Positions 1-12,414 of a DNA stretch of 64,000 nt are shown piece by piece. The DNA comes from an uncultured Rhodospirillaceae bacterium (GTDB taxonomy: Bacteria; Pseudomonadota; Alphaproteobacteria; Rhodospirillales; Defluviicoccaceae). The notes beneath the pieces are model-generated. The model worked only from the letters and a program-made list of their open reading frames with translations, searched no databases and was not told the DNA's origin. The first letter of the stretch is position 1. The number at the start of each line of letters is the position of its first letter. Location of the stretch: the NCBI GenBank assembly GCA_964619055.1, contig CAZUDB010000002.1:29723-93722 (forward strand). The letters run 5' to 3'. The position numbers and the translations under genes were made by a program.

Positions 1-646
1 CCAGGTTGATCAGGCCGGGCATGATCATTAGGTCCGTGACGCCGCGAACACCCGAGTGCAGGACATCGTCAGCCATTTTGAAGGCGTCCGCGAATGTGGT
101 GCGCTCGTTGGCAACGCGGAACAGGTTTTGGTTGGGGATGATGATCAGCGTATCGACGAACTGCTCCAGCTCTTCGATGCCCGATTCGGCGATCCGCATC
201 CGGTGGGCACCTTCGAAGTGGAATGGTTTGGTGACCACGCCGACAGTGAGAATACCCTGTTCGCGCGCGGCGCGGGCCACGACCGGGGCCGCGCCAGTGC
301 CTGTACCGCCGCCCATGCCGGCGGCGATGAAGGCCATGTTGGAGCCTTTCAACTCCTCCACCAGCTCCTCCAGGGCCTCCTCGGCGGCGATGCGCCCGAT
401 CTCCGGGCGGGAACCGGCGCCCAAGCCTTGGGTGATGGTGGTGCCAAGCTGAACCCGACGCTCGGACGCCGACTGGGTCAAGGCCTGGGCATCTGTGTTG
501 GCGACCACGAATTCCACGCCCTGGAGGGACGAGCGGATCATGTTGTTGACGGCATTGCAGCCGGCGCCGCCGACCCCGATCACCGTGATCTTCGGCCGCA
601 GATCAGGCGGGCTGTCAAACGACGGAATGCTGAGGTTAATCGCCAT
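1..646 (-). CDS. ftsZ: Cell division protein FtsZ, N-terminal ~215 aa (gene continues beyond window start)
   Basis: The minus-strand ATG (cat at 644-646) follows a GGAGA SD. It reads [36 protein letters not shown]... and contains the tubulin signature [13 protein letters not shown]. It has no stop in the window, so it is absent from the ORF track. Confidence 0.92.
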   Translation of the reverse strand, partial: MAINLSIPSFDSPPDLRPKITVIGVGGAGCNAVNNMIRSSLQGVEFVVANTDAQALTQSASERRVQLGTTITQGLGAGSRPEIGRIAAEEALEELVEELKGSNMAFIAAGMGGGTGTGAAPVVARAAREQGILTVGVVTKPFHFEGAHRMRIAESGIEELEQFVDTLIIIPNQNLFRVANERTTFADAFKMADDVLHSGVRGVTDLMIMPGLINL

Positions 647-690
647 GTCTGTCTCCATGTTGTCGGTCTTTCAGTGTTGTGAGCCTCGCG

Positions 691-1956
691 TTAGAAGTTC
701 TGCTTGAGCCAATGGCCGATACGTCCCAAGCGGCCCTGGGGAACGTCGGGGGGTGGCGCCTCGGTCATGAAGCTGTCGTCGCCGGTTTCGGCCGCATAAC
801 GAATGAGGCCCACGACCGTCGCGAATGCGGGGCCCGTTGCCGCCTCAGGCAGCCCCGGTAGGGTGCGGGTGCGCCCGGCTCGCACGCGCTTGCCCATAAT
901 CATGCCGGCCAGATCCGCAGCTCCCGGAAGCTGACTGGCGCCGCCGATGAGTACGACCTGGCGCCGGGCCACGCTATCCAGCCCGGCATCTTCCAGCCGA
1001 GTTCGTACCATCTCGAAGATCTCCTCCAGGCGCGGGCGAATGATGTTGACCAGGAGTGAGCGCTGAACCTGGCTCGGCTCACTCGCCTCCGCATCGATGG
1101 GTGGAACTTCGATCAACTGACGTTCGTCGGATGGAGACGGCAGACAGGTTCCCCAAAGCGTCTTCACCCGCTCGGCATGGGCCAGCGGGGTCGAAAGCCC
1201 GCTGGCGATATCGTTGGTGACCTGGGCTCCGCCGACAGGCAGGATGTCGGTGTGGATCAGCTCGCCATCGAAGAACACGGCAACGGAGGTCGTGCCGCCA
1301 CCCATGTCGATCACGGTGACTCCGAGCGTGCGCTCGTCGTCGGCGAGGCAACCGAATGCCGAGGCGTAACCGCTAACCGCCCGGCCGGCCACGTCCAAAT
1401 GGCAACGGTCGACACATGAGGCGAGGTTGCGAAGAGGGCCCGATTGGGCTGTCACCAAGTGCAGGTTGACGCCCAACTCATGCCCGAAAAGGCCGCGCGG
1501 GTCCGCAACGCCGCGCGCACCGTCAACTGTGAAACCGACCGGAATGACGTGAACGACGTCATGGTCCGGTGCCAGATGGTTGGCGTAAGCTGCTGGGCCC
1601 AGCAAGCGGCGAACGTCGCCGTCACTGATCTCATGGCCGCCGACGGCGATGTCGTAGGCGATCAGGCATGATCTCGGGGCGCCAGCCGACAGGTTGACCC
1701 AAACCTCGCGAATGTTCTCGCCGGCCATCCGCTCGGCCTGCTCCACGGTCGCCCGGATCGAGGCTTCGGCCTGCTCCAGATCGACGATGGAGCCGCGGCG
1801 GAGACCTTCAGAGGCTTGGTGACCAAGGCCGACAACACGCAGGGCGTCGCCCACGGGGCGCGCAATGATGCAGGCGATCTTGGTCGTGCCGATATCAAGC
1901 CCGGCCACGAGGCCCCCTTTCAATCGCGGTGCAAGTGTTTTTGATCGCCTTGTCAT
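691..1956 (-). CDS. ftsA: Cell division protein FtsA (actin-like ATPase)
   Basis: ORF 691..2040 contains GLDIGTTKIACII and the VIDMGGGTTS actin-fold motifs. I chose the internal start MTRRSK at 1956, 16 nt after the ftsQ stop, because the longer ORF start overlaps ftsQ. dcw synteny supports the call. Confidence 0.9.
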   Translation of the reverse strand: MTRRSKTLAPRLKGGLVAGLDIGTTKIACIIARPVGDALRVVGLGHQASEGLRRGSIVDLEQAEASIRATVEQAERMAGENIREVWVNLSAGAPRSCLIAYDIAVGGHEISDGDVRRLLGPAAYANHLAPDHDVVHVIPVGFTVDGARGVADPRGLFGHELGVNLHLVTAQSGPLRNLASCVDRCHLDVAGRAVSGYASAFGCLADDERTLGVTVIDMGGGTTSVAVFFDGELIHTDILPVGGAQVTNDIASGLSTPLAHAERVKTLWGTCLPSPSDERQLIEVPPIDAEASEPSQVQRSLLVNIIRPRLEEIFEMVRTRLEDAGLDSVARRQVVLIGGASQLPGAADLAGMIMGKRVRAGRTRTLPGLPEAATGPAFATVVGLIRYAAETGDDSFMTEAPPPDVPQGRLGRIGHWLKQNF

Positions 1957-1972
1957 TGCCCTTGGGCTCCAG

Positions 1973-2851
1973 TCACGTGTCTTGACCCTGATCGGTGGGG
2001 ATGGCGTCCTCGATGGCCGGGGGCGCCGCCTGGCGCACAATCACCTGGTCGGGAAAGCGCAGATCCAGCAGACCCACACCGCGATCCAGGACGCCGTGAC
2101 GTTTTTGGTACTTGGCAAGTCGCGCCCACGCCTCCGCGGCGTCCTCCTCCGGAAGGCGAATCTCAATGCCGCCGTTCAAGTGGACGTTCCAGCGCCGATC
2201 GCCCACGCGCACGGCAGATTCCACGCGCGCGTACAGCGGTGATTCGGTCTCCAGCAGCGCCAAGAGAGTATCCGCGTGGTCCTGCGCCCCGGAGCCGACC
2301 ACCACCAGTAGGTCAGCGAACCGCTCCAGCTCATGGCGTTGGATCACGGCGCCCGATGCGTCGATGAGGGCATAGGTGCCTTCGTATTGCCATATCGCCA
2401 GCGGCTGGCGTTCGACGACACGGACAATCAACGTATCGGGCAGCATCCGTTCAACGTCCGCTTCGGCCACCCACGGCAGGGACAAGACCCGGCTTCGCAC
2501 TTGGTGGAGGTCGACGAACAGAATCGGCTCACCGCGATCAACGCCGATGGCTTCACCGAGGCTGTTGCGGGCGGTTTCTTTGCGGCCGATGACAAACACC
2601 TCGTCCACACGAAAGCCGAGGTCGGCCGTGCTCTGGATCAAGGCGATGCTGGCCTCATCCATCAACCGATGGGGCAGGCGTTGCTGCCAGACCCAGAACA
2701 CGCCGCCAGCGATCCCAGCGAGGACGGTGGCGGCGAGGGTTGCTCGGACCGTCCAAGTTCGCCACCACGGCACGACCCGGGGGCGCTTCTGGCCGCGACG
2801 CGGACGGCCCGGCGCAGCGGTGTCATCGGAACGCGCAGTCAGCCATCGCAT
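1973..2851 (-). CDS. ftsQ: Cell division protein FtsQ (POTRA + FtsQ domains)
   Basis: 292-aa protein with an N-terminal basic tail and one TM (ATVLAGIAGGVFWVW), followed by a POTRA-like region. It sits between ddl and ftsA. Confidence 0.8.
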   Translation of the reverse strand: MRWLTARSDDTAAPGRPRRGQKRPRVVPWWRTWTVRATLAATVLAGIAGGVFWVWQQRLPHRLMDEASIALIQSTADLGFRVDEVFVIGRKETARNSLGEAIGVDRGEPILFVDLHQVRSRVLSLPWVAEADVERMLPDTLIVRVVERQPLAIWQYEGTYALIDASGAVIQRHELERFADLLVVVGSGAQDHADTLLALLETESPLYARVESAVRVGDRRWNVHLNGGIEIRLPEEDAAEAWARLAKYQKRHGVLDRGVGLLDLRFPDQVIVRQAAPPAIEDAIPTDQGQDT

Positions 2852-3744
2852 GCCGCGTTCTCCACCATCCAGGTCACAAGGCTCGGAAATGAGATGCCGA
2901 CGTGGGCGGCCTGCTCCGGCACTAGCGAGGTCGGCGTCATGCCGGGTTGTGTATTGACCTCCAGGCAGTACGCGGTGGTGCCGTCATAGCGGAAATCGGC
3001 GCGGGACACTCCGCGGCAGCCCAGGACGCGATGGGCAGCGACCGCCAGCTCCAGGACGTGTGCCGTCAAGGCGGCGGGAATGTTGGCTGGGACCACATGC
3101 TGCGAGCCGCCAGGCTGATACTTGGCGTCGTAGTCGTAAAAGCCACGTCCGGTCGTAATTTCGGTGACGGCCAGGGGGCGATCGCCCATGACCGCCACGG
3201 TCAACTCTTGGCCAGGGATGAACTGCTCGACCATCACGTGGGTGCCGAAGGGCCAGCTCTCGGCATCGACGAAAACGGCGTCGTTGCATCCTTCGTGCAC
3301 GATGCGGACACCGACGCTGGAGCCTTCGTTAAGGGGTTTGATGACGAACGGCTGTTCCATCGCTGTGCCGGCCGCGAGGGCTGCGCGATCGACGATGCGA
3401 TGCTCCGCCACCGGAATACCAACGCTCGCGAAGGCCTGCTTGGCGGCGGGTTTGTCCATGGCCAAGGCCGACGCCAGCACACCGGAATGGGTGTAAGGAA
3501 TCGCAAGAACGTCGAGCAGTGCCTGAACGCGGCCGTCCTCGCCGAAGCGCCCGTGGAGGGCGTTGAAAACCACGTCCGGACGCGGCTCAAGCGCTTGGAG
3601 TAGTGTTCCTGGATCACGGGGTACGTCGATCCTTCGGACCGTGTAGCCCGCCTGCTCAAGGGCGTCGGCGCAGGCCTGACCCGACACGAGGGAGACGTCC
3701 CGCTCGGCGGACCAGCCGCCCATGAACACAGCCACCGTTGTCAT
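2839..3744 (-). CDS. ddl: D-alanine--D-alanine ligase
   Basis: 301 aa starting [22 protein letters not shown] with ATP-grasp motifs (FVIKPLNEGSSVGV, CLEVNTQPGMT). dcw synteny. Confidence 0.92.
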   Translation of the reverse strand: MTTVAVFMGGWSAERDVSLVSGQACADALEQAGYTVRRIDVPRDPGTLLQALEPRPDVVFNALHGRFGEDGRVQALLDVLAIPYTHSGVLASALAMDKPAAKQAFASVGIPVAEHRIVDRAALAAGTAMEQPFVIKPLNEGSSVGVRIVHEGCNDAVFVDAESWPFGTHVMVEQFIPGQELTVAVMGDRPLAVTEITTGRGFYDYDAKYQPGGSQHVVPANIPAALTAHVLELAVAAHRVLGCRGVSRADFRYDGTTAYCLEVNTQPGMTPTSLVPEQAAHVGISFPSLVTWMVENAACDG

Positions 3745-4687
3745 GTGTTGCCCCCCCCGGTTGGTGCGGCGCTTGGCTCAAGTGGCACGCCAAGGCGCCG
3801 AATCTCCCAATCCAGCTCAACGCCGGTAGCGTCCCGGACGCGGCGCCGGACTTCCTCGCCGAGGGCTTCCAGATCCGCCGCGGACGCACCGCCGGCATTG
3901 ATCAGGAAGTTGCAGTGCTTCTCAGAGACGGCCGCACCCCCGATGCGAAGCCCGCGGCAGCCCGCAGCATCAATCAATTCCCAAGCTTTGCAGCCATCGG
4001 GATTGCGAAAGGTACTACCGCCGGTGCGAACCTTGACGGGCTGGGCCGATTCCCGAGCCTGCCGGATTGCCGCCATCCGTCCGGCGATGGCTGTTGGGTC
4101 GCCCGTGGTGCCGCGCAGCCGGGCAGAAACGAACAGCCAACTCTCCGGCGCGCTGCAATGCCGATAGCCGAAGCCCAACTCGACGGCGGAAGCGTGATGG
4201 ATAGTGCCATCGCGATCGATGGCGGTGGCATCGATCACCACATCCCGAATTTCGGTGCCAAAGGCGCCTGCGTTCATCCGCAGTGCCCCGCCGATGGTTC
4301 CCGGCACGCCGGTCAAGAATTCGAGCCCGGCGATACCGGCCTTGCGTGCCGTCACGGCGACGTTGACATCGAGCGCCGCGGCCCCGGCTTCGATCTCGTT
4401 CCCGTCCGGTGTGATTTGGGCAAATGACCGTCCCAGACGGATCACCACACCGGGTACGCCGCCATCACGAACCAGAATGTTCGAGCCGACGCCAACAACG
4501 GTCACCGACACGTCCTCCGGCAATCCGGCCAGGAATGCCGCCAGATCGGCCGCATCGGTGGGGCGAAACAGCACCTCAGCGGGACCGCCGACGCCGAACC
4601 ACGTGATCGCCGCGAGCGGCGCGTTCTCCGTCAGCCGGCCATGTGCCGGCGGCAGCCGGTCGATCAGTCGAGGGTGCTCGGTGCCAA

Positions 4688-4691
<4 letters not shown>
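3741..4691 (-). CDS. murB: UDP-N-acetylenolpyruvoylglucosamine reductase
   Basis: 316 aa with an FAD-binding PCMH-type region ([23 protein letters not shown]) and the MurB C-terminal [10 protein letters not shown] motif. Confidence 0.92.
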
Positions 4692-6135
<1,444 letters not shown>

Positions 6136-6139
<4 letters not shown>

Positions 6140-7296
6140 GACGCGCCTCCTTTGCTCGTGGCGCTCTCCCGAGTGTGGCCCGCGATGAGACCGCAGACCA
6201 ACTCTGCGAGCCGATCCGCAGCGTCGGGCCGGCCAAGCGTGACGGCGGCGCCTGCGGCCTCGGCCAGTTGCTCGGGAGCGCCGAGCAAGTCCGCTAGCAT
6301 GGCGGTCACCGCCTCGACCGTGAACGTGTCCTGGGGGACAAGCCAACCGCCTTTCGCGTCGGCGACGGCCTTGGCGTTGGCCGTCTGATGATCGTCGATG
6401 GCCGAAGGCAGGGGCACCAGGATCGCAGGGCGACCAATGGTCGTAAGGTCCGCGACTGTGGAGGCGCCGGCCCGAGAAATCACCAGGTGTGCGGTGGCGA
6501 GCCGATCGGGTAGGTCGTCGTAAAACGTGGCAAGTTCGGCTGCCACGTCGGCCTCGGCATAGACCGCACGCGCGCGCTCAAGGTCTTCAGGCCGACACTG
6601 CTGGACGACGCGCAGCCTTTGGCGCATGACCGGATCAAGGCCGACGATGGCGGCGGGTACCACATCACTCATTACCCGAGCGCCCTGACTCCCGCCGAGG
6701 ATCAGCAGGTTCAGGGTCTCCGTCGCGCCAAATGGGGGAAACGGTTCTGCGGCCGCCGCTTGAATCGCCGGGCGGACCGGCATCCCGGTGTGGACGACCC
6801 GGTCGCGGGCCGCGACCGGAATACGCTGGGTCGCCGTCGTCGAAACGGCGACCCGTGTGACACGCGCCGCCAGAAAACGGTTGGCGCGGCCCAGAACGGC
6901 GTTCTGCTCGTGGATCACCGTCGCGGCCCCACTCGTCAGCCCGGCCACCATGGCCGGTATCGACGCGTAGCCGCCAAACCCGACAACGGCCGCCGGAGAC
7001 AGCGTCCCAAACAGTCGTCTGGCTTGCCAAGCGCCGAATGCCAGCGACGCCAAGGCCGTCAGACGGGCGATCGGGCTCCGGCCGGCCAAGCCCGCGGAAC
7101 GCACGTGGTGCGTTTCAATGTCGCCGAACGTGGCGGCAACGCTGCTCCCGCGCTCATCGGTCACCCATGCGAGCCGAACTCGACGGCGGCCCAGAGCATC
7201 GGCCAACGCTGCCGCCGGGAAAACATGACCGCCCGTTCCACCGGCCGTCACCACGACTAAAGGCGCTGTTTCTGGAAGGGTCAGCGGGGCGGTCAT
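6136..7296 (-). CDS. murG: UDP-N-acetylglucosamine--N-acetylmuramyl-(pentapeptide) pyrophosphoryl-undecaprenol GlcNAc transferase
   Basis: 386 aa GT28 protein with [12 protein letters not shown] near the N-terminus and [11 protein letters not shown] in the C-domain. Its start overlaps the ftsW stop. Confidence 0.92.
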
Positions 7297-8447
7297 CGAA
7301 CGCCTCCGCTGGGTGTGAGAACGAGGGGCCGGTGACCGGGGTTCTCACGCGTTAAGGCCAGGATCATGCCGAGCGCCCAGGCCAGCGCCAGGGTCGACGA
7401 GCCGCCATAGGAGATAAGGGGCAGCGGAATACCCTTCGGCGGGATTAGATGAAGGGTCGACGCCATGTTGATCAAGGCTTGCAAGCCGAATTGGGCCAAA
7501 AGCCCGCTGGCGGCGACAACGGCGAACAGATCCTCCTGGCGCAACGCGCGGGTAAAGCCGCGCAGGACCACAAAGCTGAACAGCGCCACAACCCCGAGGC
7601 AGACGACGACTCCGAACTCCTCCCCAGCAACGGCCAGAATGAAGTCGGCATGGGCGTCCGGCAGCGCTTCCTTGACTTGGCCTTCGCCGGGACCGCGGCC
7701 AAGGAGTCCGCCGGCGCGGAACGCATCCAGTGCTCGCGAAACCTGAAAGCCGTCGGAGCCGACCGCGGGATCCATGAAGTGATCGACCCGCATCCGAACA
7801 TGGTCAAACGAGAAGTAGGCACCGATGCCGGTGGCGATGGCGATCAGGCCCATGATGCCGACCAGGATCAAAGGCAGGCCGATCAGGAACATCTGCACAC
7901 ACCATGTGCCGACGACCATGAGCGTCATGCCAACGTCCGGCTGCAGCAGCAAAACACCGGCGACGGCCGCCGTCAGCAGCGTAGCCAAGGTATAGCCCGG
8001 CACACCGGGCTGCTGGCGGCCCGCTGCGATCAGGACGGCGGCAACGACCGCAAAGGCCGGTTTCAGGGCCTCCGACGGCTGAACCGAGAAACCGCCAAGA
8101 CGAAGCCAGCGGGTGGCCCCTTTGACCTCGTCGCCAATCATCAAGGTCGCTAAGGTCGCGGCCAGCGCCAAGACGAACACAATCGCTGCCATTCGCCTGA
8201 GCGTCCGCGGCGGCAACAGCGACGTGGCCAGCATGGTCACGATGGCCAGTGGAACAAACACGAGCTGACGGAGCACGAAGTGAAACGGATCAAGGCCGAT
8301 GCGTTCGGCGACGGCCGGTGAGGCCGCGAACGCCAGCACGACGCCCAGGACTGCGATCGCGAACACCGCACTGAGTGTCCAGCGGTCGACGGTCCACCAC
8401 CAGCGGGCGAGCACGCTAGTGTCCGTCCGGGCAAAGGCGGTCGTCAC
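7293..8447 (-). CDS. ftsW: SEDS-family peptidoglycan glycosyltransferase FtsW
   Basis: 384 aa polytopic membrane protein with SEDS motifs (PSEALKPAF, DFILAVAGEEFG, IPLPLISYGGSS). Confidence 0.9.
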   Translation of the reverse strand: MTTAFARTDTSVLARWWWTVDRWTLSAVFAIAVLGVVLAFAASPAVAERIGLDPFHFVLRQLVFVPLAIVTMLATSLLPPRTLRRMAAIVFVLALAATLATLMIGDEVKGATRWLRLGGFSVQPSEALKPAFAVVAAVLIAAGRQQPGVPGYTLATLLTAAVAGVLLLQPDVGMTLMVVGTWCVQMFLIGLPLILVGIMGLIAIATGIGAYFSFDHVRMRVDHFMDPAVGSDGFQVSRALDAFRAGGLLGRGPGEGQVKEALPDAHADFILAVAGEEFGVVVCLGVVALFSFVVLRGFTRALRQEDLFAVVAASGLLAQFGLQALINMASTLHLIPPKGIPLPLISYGGSSTLALAWALGMILALTRENPGHRPLVLTPSGGVR

Positions 8448-9877
8448 GGCCCGCCCTCCTGTGAAGCATCGTTTTGCACGGCCAGGCGTTGAACCAACTG
8501 GCGGAAGGCGTCGCCACGGGCCTCGAAGTTTCGAAACTGATCAAAGGAGGCACAGGCCGGCGATAACAGGACCACCGCCTGTGGGTCCAATCCGGCGGGA
8601 GTTTGGCTGATCGCGGCCGTGCGTGCGCCTGTGACAGCCTTTTCCAGCGTGTGCGCCCGTGTGATCGGAACGCGTCCATGCAGCCAGCCGGCGAACCTAT
8701 CCTCGGCCTCGCCGATCAGGAAGGCGTGGCGGACGCGATCCAGATAGGGGGCCACGGCCTCGAGGCCGGCCTCCTTCGGCCGCCCGCCTGCGATCCAATA
8801 GATGTGCTCGTAGCAGGCCAGCGCACGGGCCGCGGCCTCGGGATTGGTTGCCTTGCTGTCGTTGACGAAGGTCACGCCGTTGAGCGTGCCGACGATCTCC
8901 TGACGGTGGGCGAGGCCAGGGAAGGAGGCAATAGCCTGGGCAGCAATCTCGCGTGGCACACCGGCGGCGCGGACGGCGGCAAACGCCGCGGCGGCATTCT
9001 GGGCGTTGTGGTCGCCGGGCAACGCGGCGGCCGTATCCAAGTCCAGCACCGCAACCGGTCCACTGGGGTCAACAGCGTCAAACAGCACGGCGCCCTGCAC
9101 GAACGCGCCCACCTCCACGTTGGTTCGACCGGAAATCGTCAGCACCTGCGAGCCGTTGGTCCGCGCCGCCATATCATCGGCGATGCTGCGGGCCAGTGGA
9201 TCGTCAATGCCAATGACGGCTGTCGCTCGCGGCGATTGGCGGGCGAAAATCCGGCGTTTGGCGCCGATATAGCCCTCCAGCCCGCCGTGGCGATCTAGAT
9301 GATCGGAACTGACATTCAGGAGGATGGCGACGAAACAGTCGAGGGAGGGCGTCAGATCCAGTTGAAACGAGGACAACTCCAACACGTAAAGCCCGTCTGG
9401 GCCGAGCGGATCCAGGGCCAGGACTGGCGTGCCGATGTTGCCGCCCATCTGGTGCGGCCGATCCGCCGTGGCCAGGATGTGCGCGATCAGCGCCGTCGAC
9501 GTCGACTTCCCGTTCGTGCCGGTGATACCAATGATGTGGGCATTCGGCATGGCACGGCAAAACAACTCCACATCGCCGATGACCGGACAGTCATCACGGT
9601 TGGCCTGTTCCACGACCGGGTGCGGTGCGGGGAAATAGAGGGGAATTCCGGGGCTTAAAACCAACCCATAGGCACGGTCCAGAGCCCACTTGACCGGGTC
9701 CTCGAAGGACACAGAAGCCGGCAGCTGCTCGATTGCGGTCGTCCGAGCCTCCCGGTTATCGTCCCAGGCCCAGACCTCGAAGCCGGCAGCGACCAGCGCC
9801 GTTACGGTGGCGCAACCACTGCGGCCGAGACCGAGGACGCCAATGGGCTGTTGCGGAAGGGACGACAGGTCGATCAT
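8444..9877 (-). CDS. murD: UDP-N-acetylmuramoylalanine--D-glutamate ligase
   Basis: 477 aa with GLGRSG Rossmann-like N-terminus and Mur ligase P-loop GTNGKSTST. dcw synteny. Confidence 0.92.
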   Translation of the reverse strand: MIDLSSLPQQPIGVLGLGRSGCATVTALVAAGFEVWAWDDNREARTTAIEQLPASVSFEDPVKWALDRAYGLVLSPGIPLYFPAPHPVVEQANRDDCPVIGDVELFCRAMPNAHIIGITGTNGKSTSTALIAHILATADRPHQMGGNIGTPVLALDPLGPDGLYVLELSSFQLDLTPSLDCFVAILLNVSSDHLDRHGGLEGYIGAKRRIFARQSPRATAVIGIDDPLARSIADDMAARTNGSQVLTISGRTNVEVGAFVQGAVLFDAVDPSGPVAVLDLDTAAALPGDHNAQNAAAAFAAVRAAGVPREIAAQAIASFPGLAHRQEIVGTLNGVTFVNDSKATNPEAAARALACYEHIYWIAGGRPKEAGLEAVAPYLDRVRHAFLIGEAEDRFAGWLHGRVPITRAHTLEKAVTGARTAAISQTPAGLDPQAVVLLSPACASFDQFRNFEARGDAFRQLVQRLAVQNDASQEGGP

Positions 9878-9887
9878 GACACCTCCA

Positions 9888-10976
9888 TCAACGCAACTTC
9901 AGCGTCGACAGCCCGGCGAGTGCCAGGATTGAGGCAATGATCCAAAACCGGATGACGATGGTCGGTTCGTGCCATCCCTTCTTTTCGAAGTGGTGGTGCA
10001 GCGGGGCCATCCGGAACACACGCTTGCCCGTGAGCTTGTAGGACGCCACCTGCACAATCACGGATACCGCTTCCAGCACGAACAGGCCACCAACGACGGC
10101 CAGCACGATTTCGTGCTTGACGATGACAGCGACGCTGCCGAGCGCACCACCCAGCGACAGGGAGCCCGTGTCGCCCATGAACACTTTTGCTGGTGGCGCA
10201 TTGAACCATAGGAAGCCGAGTCCGGCGCCGACGAGGGCGCCACAGAATACCGCCAATTCACCACTGCCCGGGACCGAGTGAAGCTGCAGGTAGTTCGCGA
10301 ACACGGCATTGCCGACCAGATAGGCAATCAACGCGAACACGCCGGCGGCGATCATGGTCGGTACGATGGCCAATCCGTCCAGGCCATCCGTCAGGTTGAC
10401 GGCGTTGGACGTTCCCACCATCACGAGGGTCGCAAAGATCAGGAACGCCCAGCCAAGATCGATGAGCACGTTCTTGAAAAACGGCACCGCCAGCATGTCT
10501 TGCAGCGGCTCCGGCGTGAGTTGGGTAATGGCTGCTGCCGCAAGCACCGCCACCAGAGCTTGGCATAGCAGCTTCATGCGTCCGGCCAGTCCACGGCTGT
10601 TCTTCAGGGCGACCTTTCGATAGTCGTCGGCGAATCCGACAGCGCCGTAGGTGACGGTGACCAGCAGTGCGATCCAGACGAAGCCATTGGTCAGGTCGGC
10701 CCACAAGAGTGTCGAGCCGACCAGTGCGACGAGGATCAGAACCCCGCCCATTGTCGGCGTGCCGCGTTTGGTTAGCAGGTGGCTTTCCGGTCCGTCCTCG
10801 CGTATCGGCTGGCCCCCGCTCTGGCGCGAGCGCAGCTGGCGGATCAACCAGGGCCCCAGCACGAAGCTGATCACCAGGGCCGTGACCACCGCACCTCCGG
10901 TCCGAAACGTCAGGTAGCGAAAGACGTTGAAGACGGCAAACTCATCGGCCAACGGGAACAGGAGCAGGTAAAGCAT
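9888..10976 (-). CDS. mraY: Phospho-N-acetylmuramoyl-pentapeptide transferase
   Basis: ORF 9888..11084 was trimmed to [13 protein letters not shown] at 10976, 1 nt after the murF stop. MraY motifs are present ([39 protein letters not shown]). Confidence 0.92.
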   Translation of the reverse strand: MLYLLLFPLADEFAVFNVFRYLTFRTGGAVVTALVISFVLGPWLIRQLRSRQSGGQPIREDGPESHLLTKRGTPTMGGVLILVALVGSTLLWADLTNGFVWIALLVTVTYGAVGFADDYRKVALKNSRGLAGRMKLLCQALVAVLAAAAITQLTPEPLQDMLAVPFFKNVLIDLGWAFLIFATLVMVGTSNAVNLTDGLDGLAIVPTMIAAGVFALIAYLVGNAVFANYLQLHSVPGSGELAVFCGALVGAGLGFLWFNAPPAKVFMGDTGSLSLGGALGSVAVIVKHEIVLAVVGGLFVLEAVSVIVQVASYKLTGKRVFRMAPLHHHFEKKGWHEPTIVIRFWIIASILALAGLSTLKLR

Positions 10977-10977
10977 G

Positions 10978-12414
10978 TCAGTCTCCGTTGGCCACCGGGC
11001 GACGATCGTCGTTGAGGGCGGTGAGCGCGTCGACGACCAGACCCATGCGACTGCCGGCGGACCCTTTGACCACGACGACGTCACCGGCCTGCATCATTGC
11101 GGGGAGAAGTGCCGCCAACTCGGCTGACGTGGCGGCGTGCTGGCCGCGGCGTTCATCGGGCAGGGCGGCATGGAGCTCCGCCATCAGCGGGCCTGCAGTG
11201 AATACCAGATCAAAGCCGGCATCGAGCAACAGGTCCGCGAGCCGGGTATGTTCCCAAACTTCTGCTTCGCCCAATTCCAGCATGTCGCCGAGGGCAGCGA
11301 TCCGACGGCCGCCGTTTACGGTCGGCATCGTGGCAGCCGTAGCAAAGGCAGCGGCCATGGAGGTGGGGCTTGCATTGTAGCTGTCGTCGATAAGCGTTAA
11401 CGAGCCGCCGCCGACTGAGATGGCATGACGCTGACCACGCCCCTTGCTGACGGTGAGGTCGGTTAGTGCGGCTGCGGCCGACGGGACGTCAGCGCCAAGG
11501 ACAAACGTCACAGCCAGCACGCAAAGGCTATTAATGATCCAATGGGGGCCGGGCGCACCGACGCGATAGGTCTGGGCCTGCCCGCCGATCTCGGCTGACA
11601 CCGTCGAGCCTTCGGCGTCACTTGCGGCTTCGATCAACTGTGCGCCGGACGCCGGGGCCTCGCGTCCGAAGCCGAAAATGCGGTCGATACCAGCCGCGGC
11701 GGCCGCCGCCTCGAGACGACGAATGTGCTCGTTATCGAAGTTGAGGACGGCGGCACCGCCGGGCACGACCCCTGCAAAAATCTCGGCCTTCGCGTCGGCA
11801 ATGGCTTCCACGGAGGCGAAGTTGCCGATGTGGACCGCAGCCACGGTGGTGATCACCGCGACGTGAGGGCGAACCAAACGGGAGAGGGGGGTGATTTCGC
11901 CCGCGTGGTTCATCCCGATCTCCAGGACCGCGAAATCCGTGTCGCGCGGCAGTCGTGCCAAGCTTAGCGGGACACCCCAGTGGTTGTTCAAGTTGCCGCG
12001 GTTGGCGGCAACGCGGCCCTGATCGGCCAAAACCGCTTGTAGCGCTTCCTTAACGCCGGTCTTGCCGACGCTGCCCGTGACCGCGATGACCTGACCACGC
12101 AGGCGGGAGCGGGCCGCCTTGCCCAGGCCGTGAAGGCCCGAAAACGTATCTGCCACGCGCAGCAACGGTGCCCCTGAAGGCAGCCCTGAAACGTCCCGAT
12201 GGACCATAGCCGCTGCGGCGCCCCGTTCCAGGGCGGCGAGGACGAAATCGTGCCCGTCATGATTGGGGCCGGCGAGCGCGACAAACAGATCTCCCGGTGC
12301 AATCGAGCGACTGTCGATAGAAACTCCGGTTGCGGTCCATGTTCGCTCCGTCCGTCCTGCCGTCGCGTTTGCCGCTTCATCGGATGTCCACAAGTTCATG
12401 CCTGCCGTTGTCAT
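10978..12414 (-). CDS. murF: UDP-N-acetylmuramoyl-tripeptide--D-alanyl-D-alanine ligase
   Basis: 478 aa with Mur ligase P-loop [10 protein letters not shown]. Its start overlaps the murE stop. Confidence 0.9.
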   Translation of the reverse strand: MTTAGMNLWTSDEAANATAGRTERTWTATGVSIDSRSIAPGDLFVALAGPNHDGHDFVLAALERGAAAAMVHRDVSGLPSGAPLLRVADTFSGLHGLGKAARSRLRGQVIAVTGSVGKTGVKEALQAVLADQGRVAANRGNLNNHWGVPLSLARLPRDTDFAVLEIGMNHAGEITPLSRLVRPHVAVITTVAAVHIGNFASVEAIADAKAEIFAGVVPGGAAVLNFDNEHIRRLEAAAAAAGIDRIFGFGREAPASGAQLIEAASDAEGSTVSAEIGGQAQTYRVGAPGPHWIINSLCVLAVTFVLGADVPSAAAALTDLTVSKGRGQRHAISVGGGSLTLIDDSYNASPTSMAAAFATAATMPTVNGGRRIAALGDMLELGEAEVWEHTRLADLLLDAGFDLVFTAGPLMAELHAALPDERRGQHAATSAELAALLPAMMQAGDVVVVKGSAGSRMGLVVDALTALNDDRRPVANGD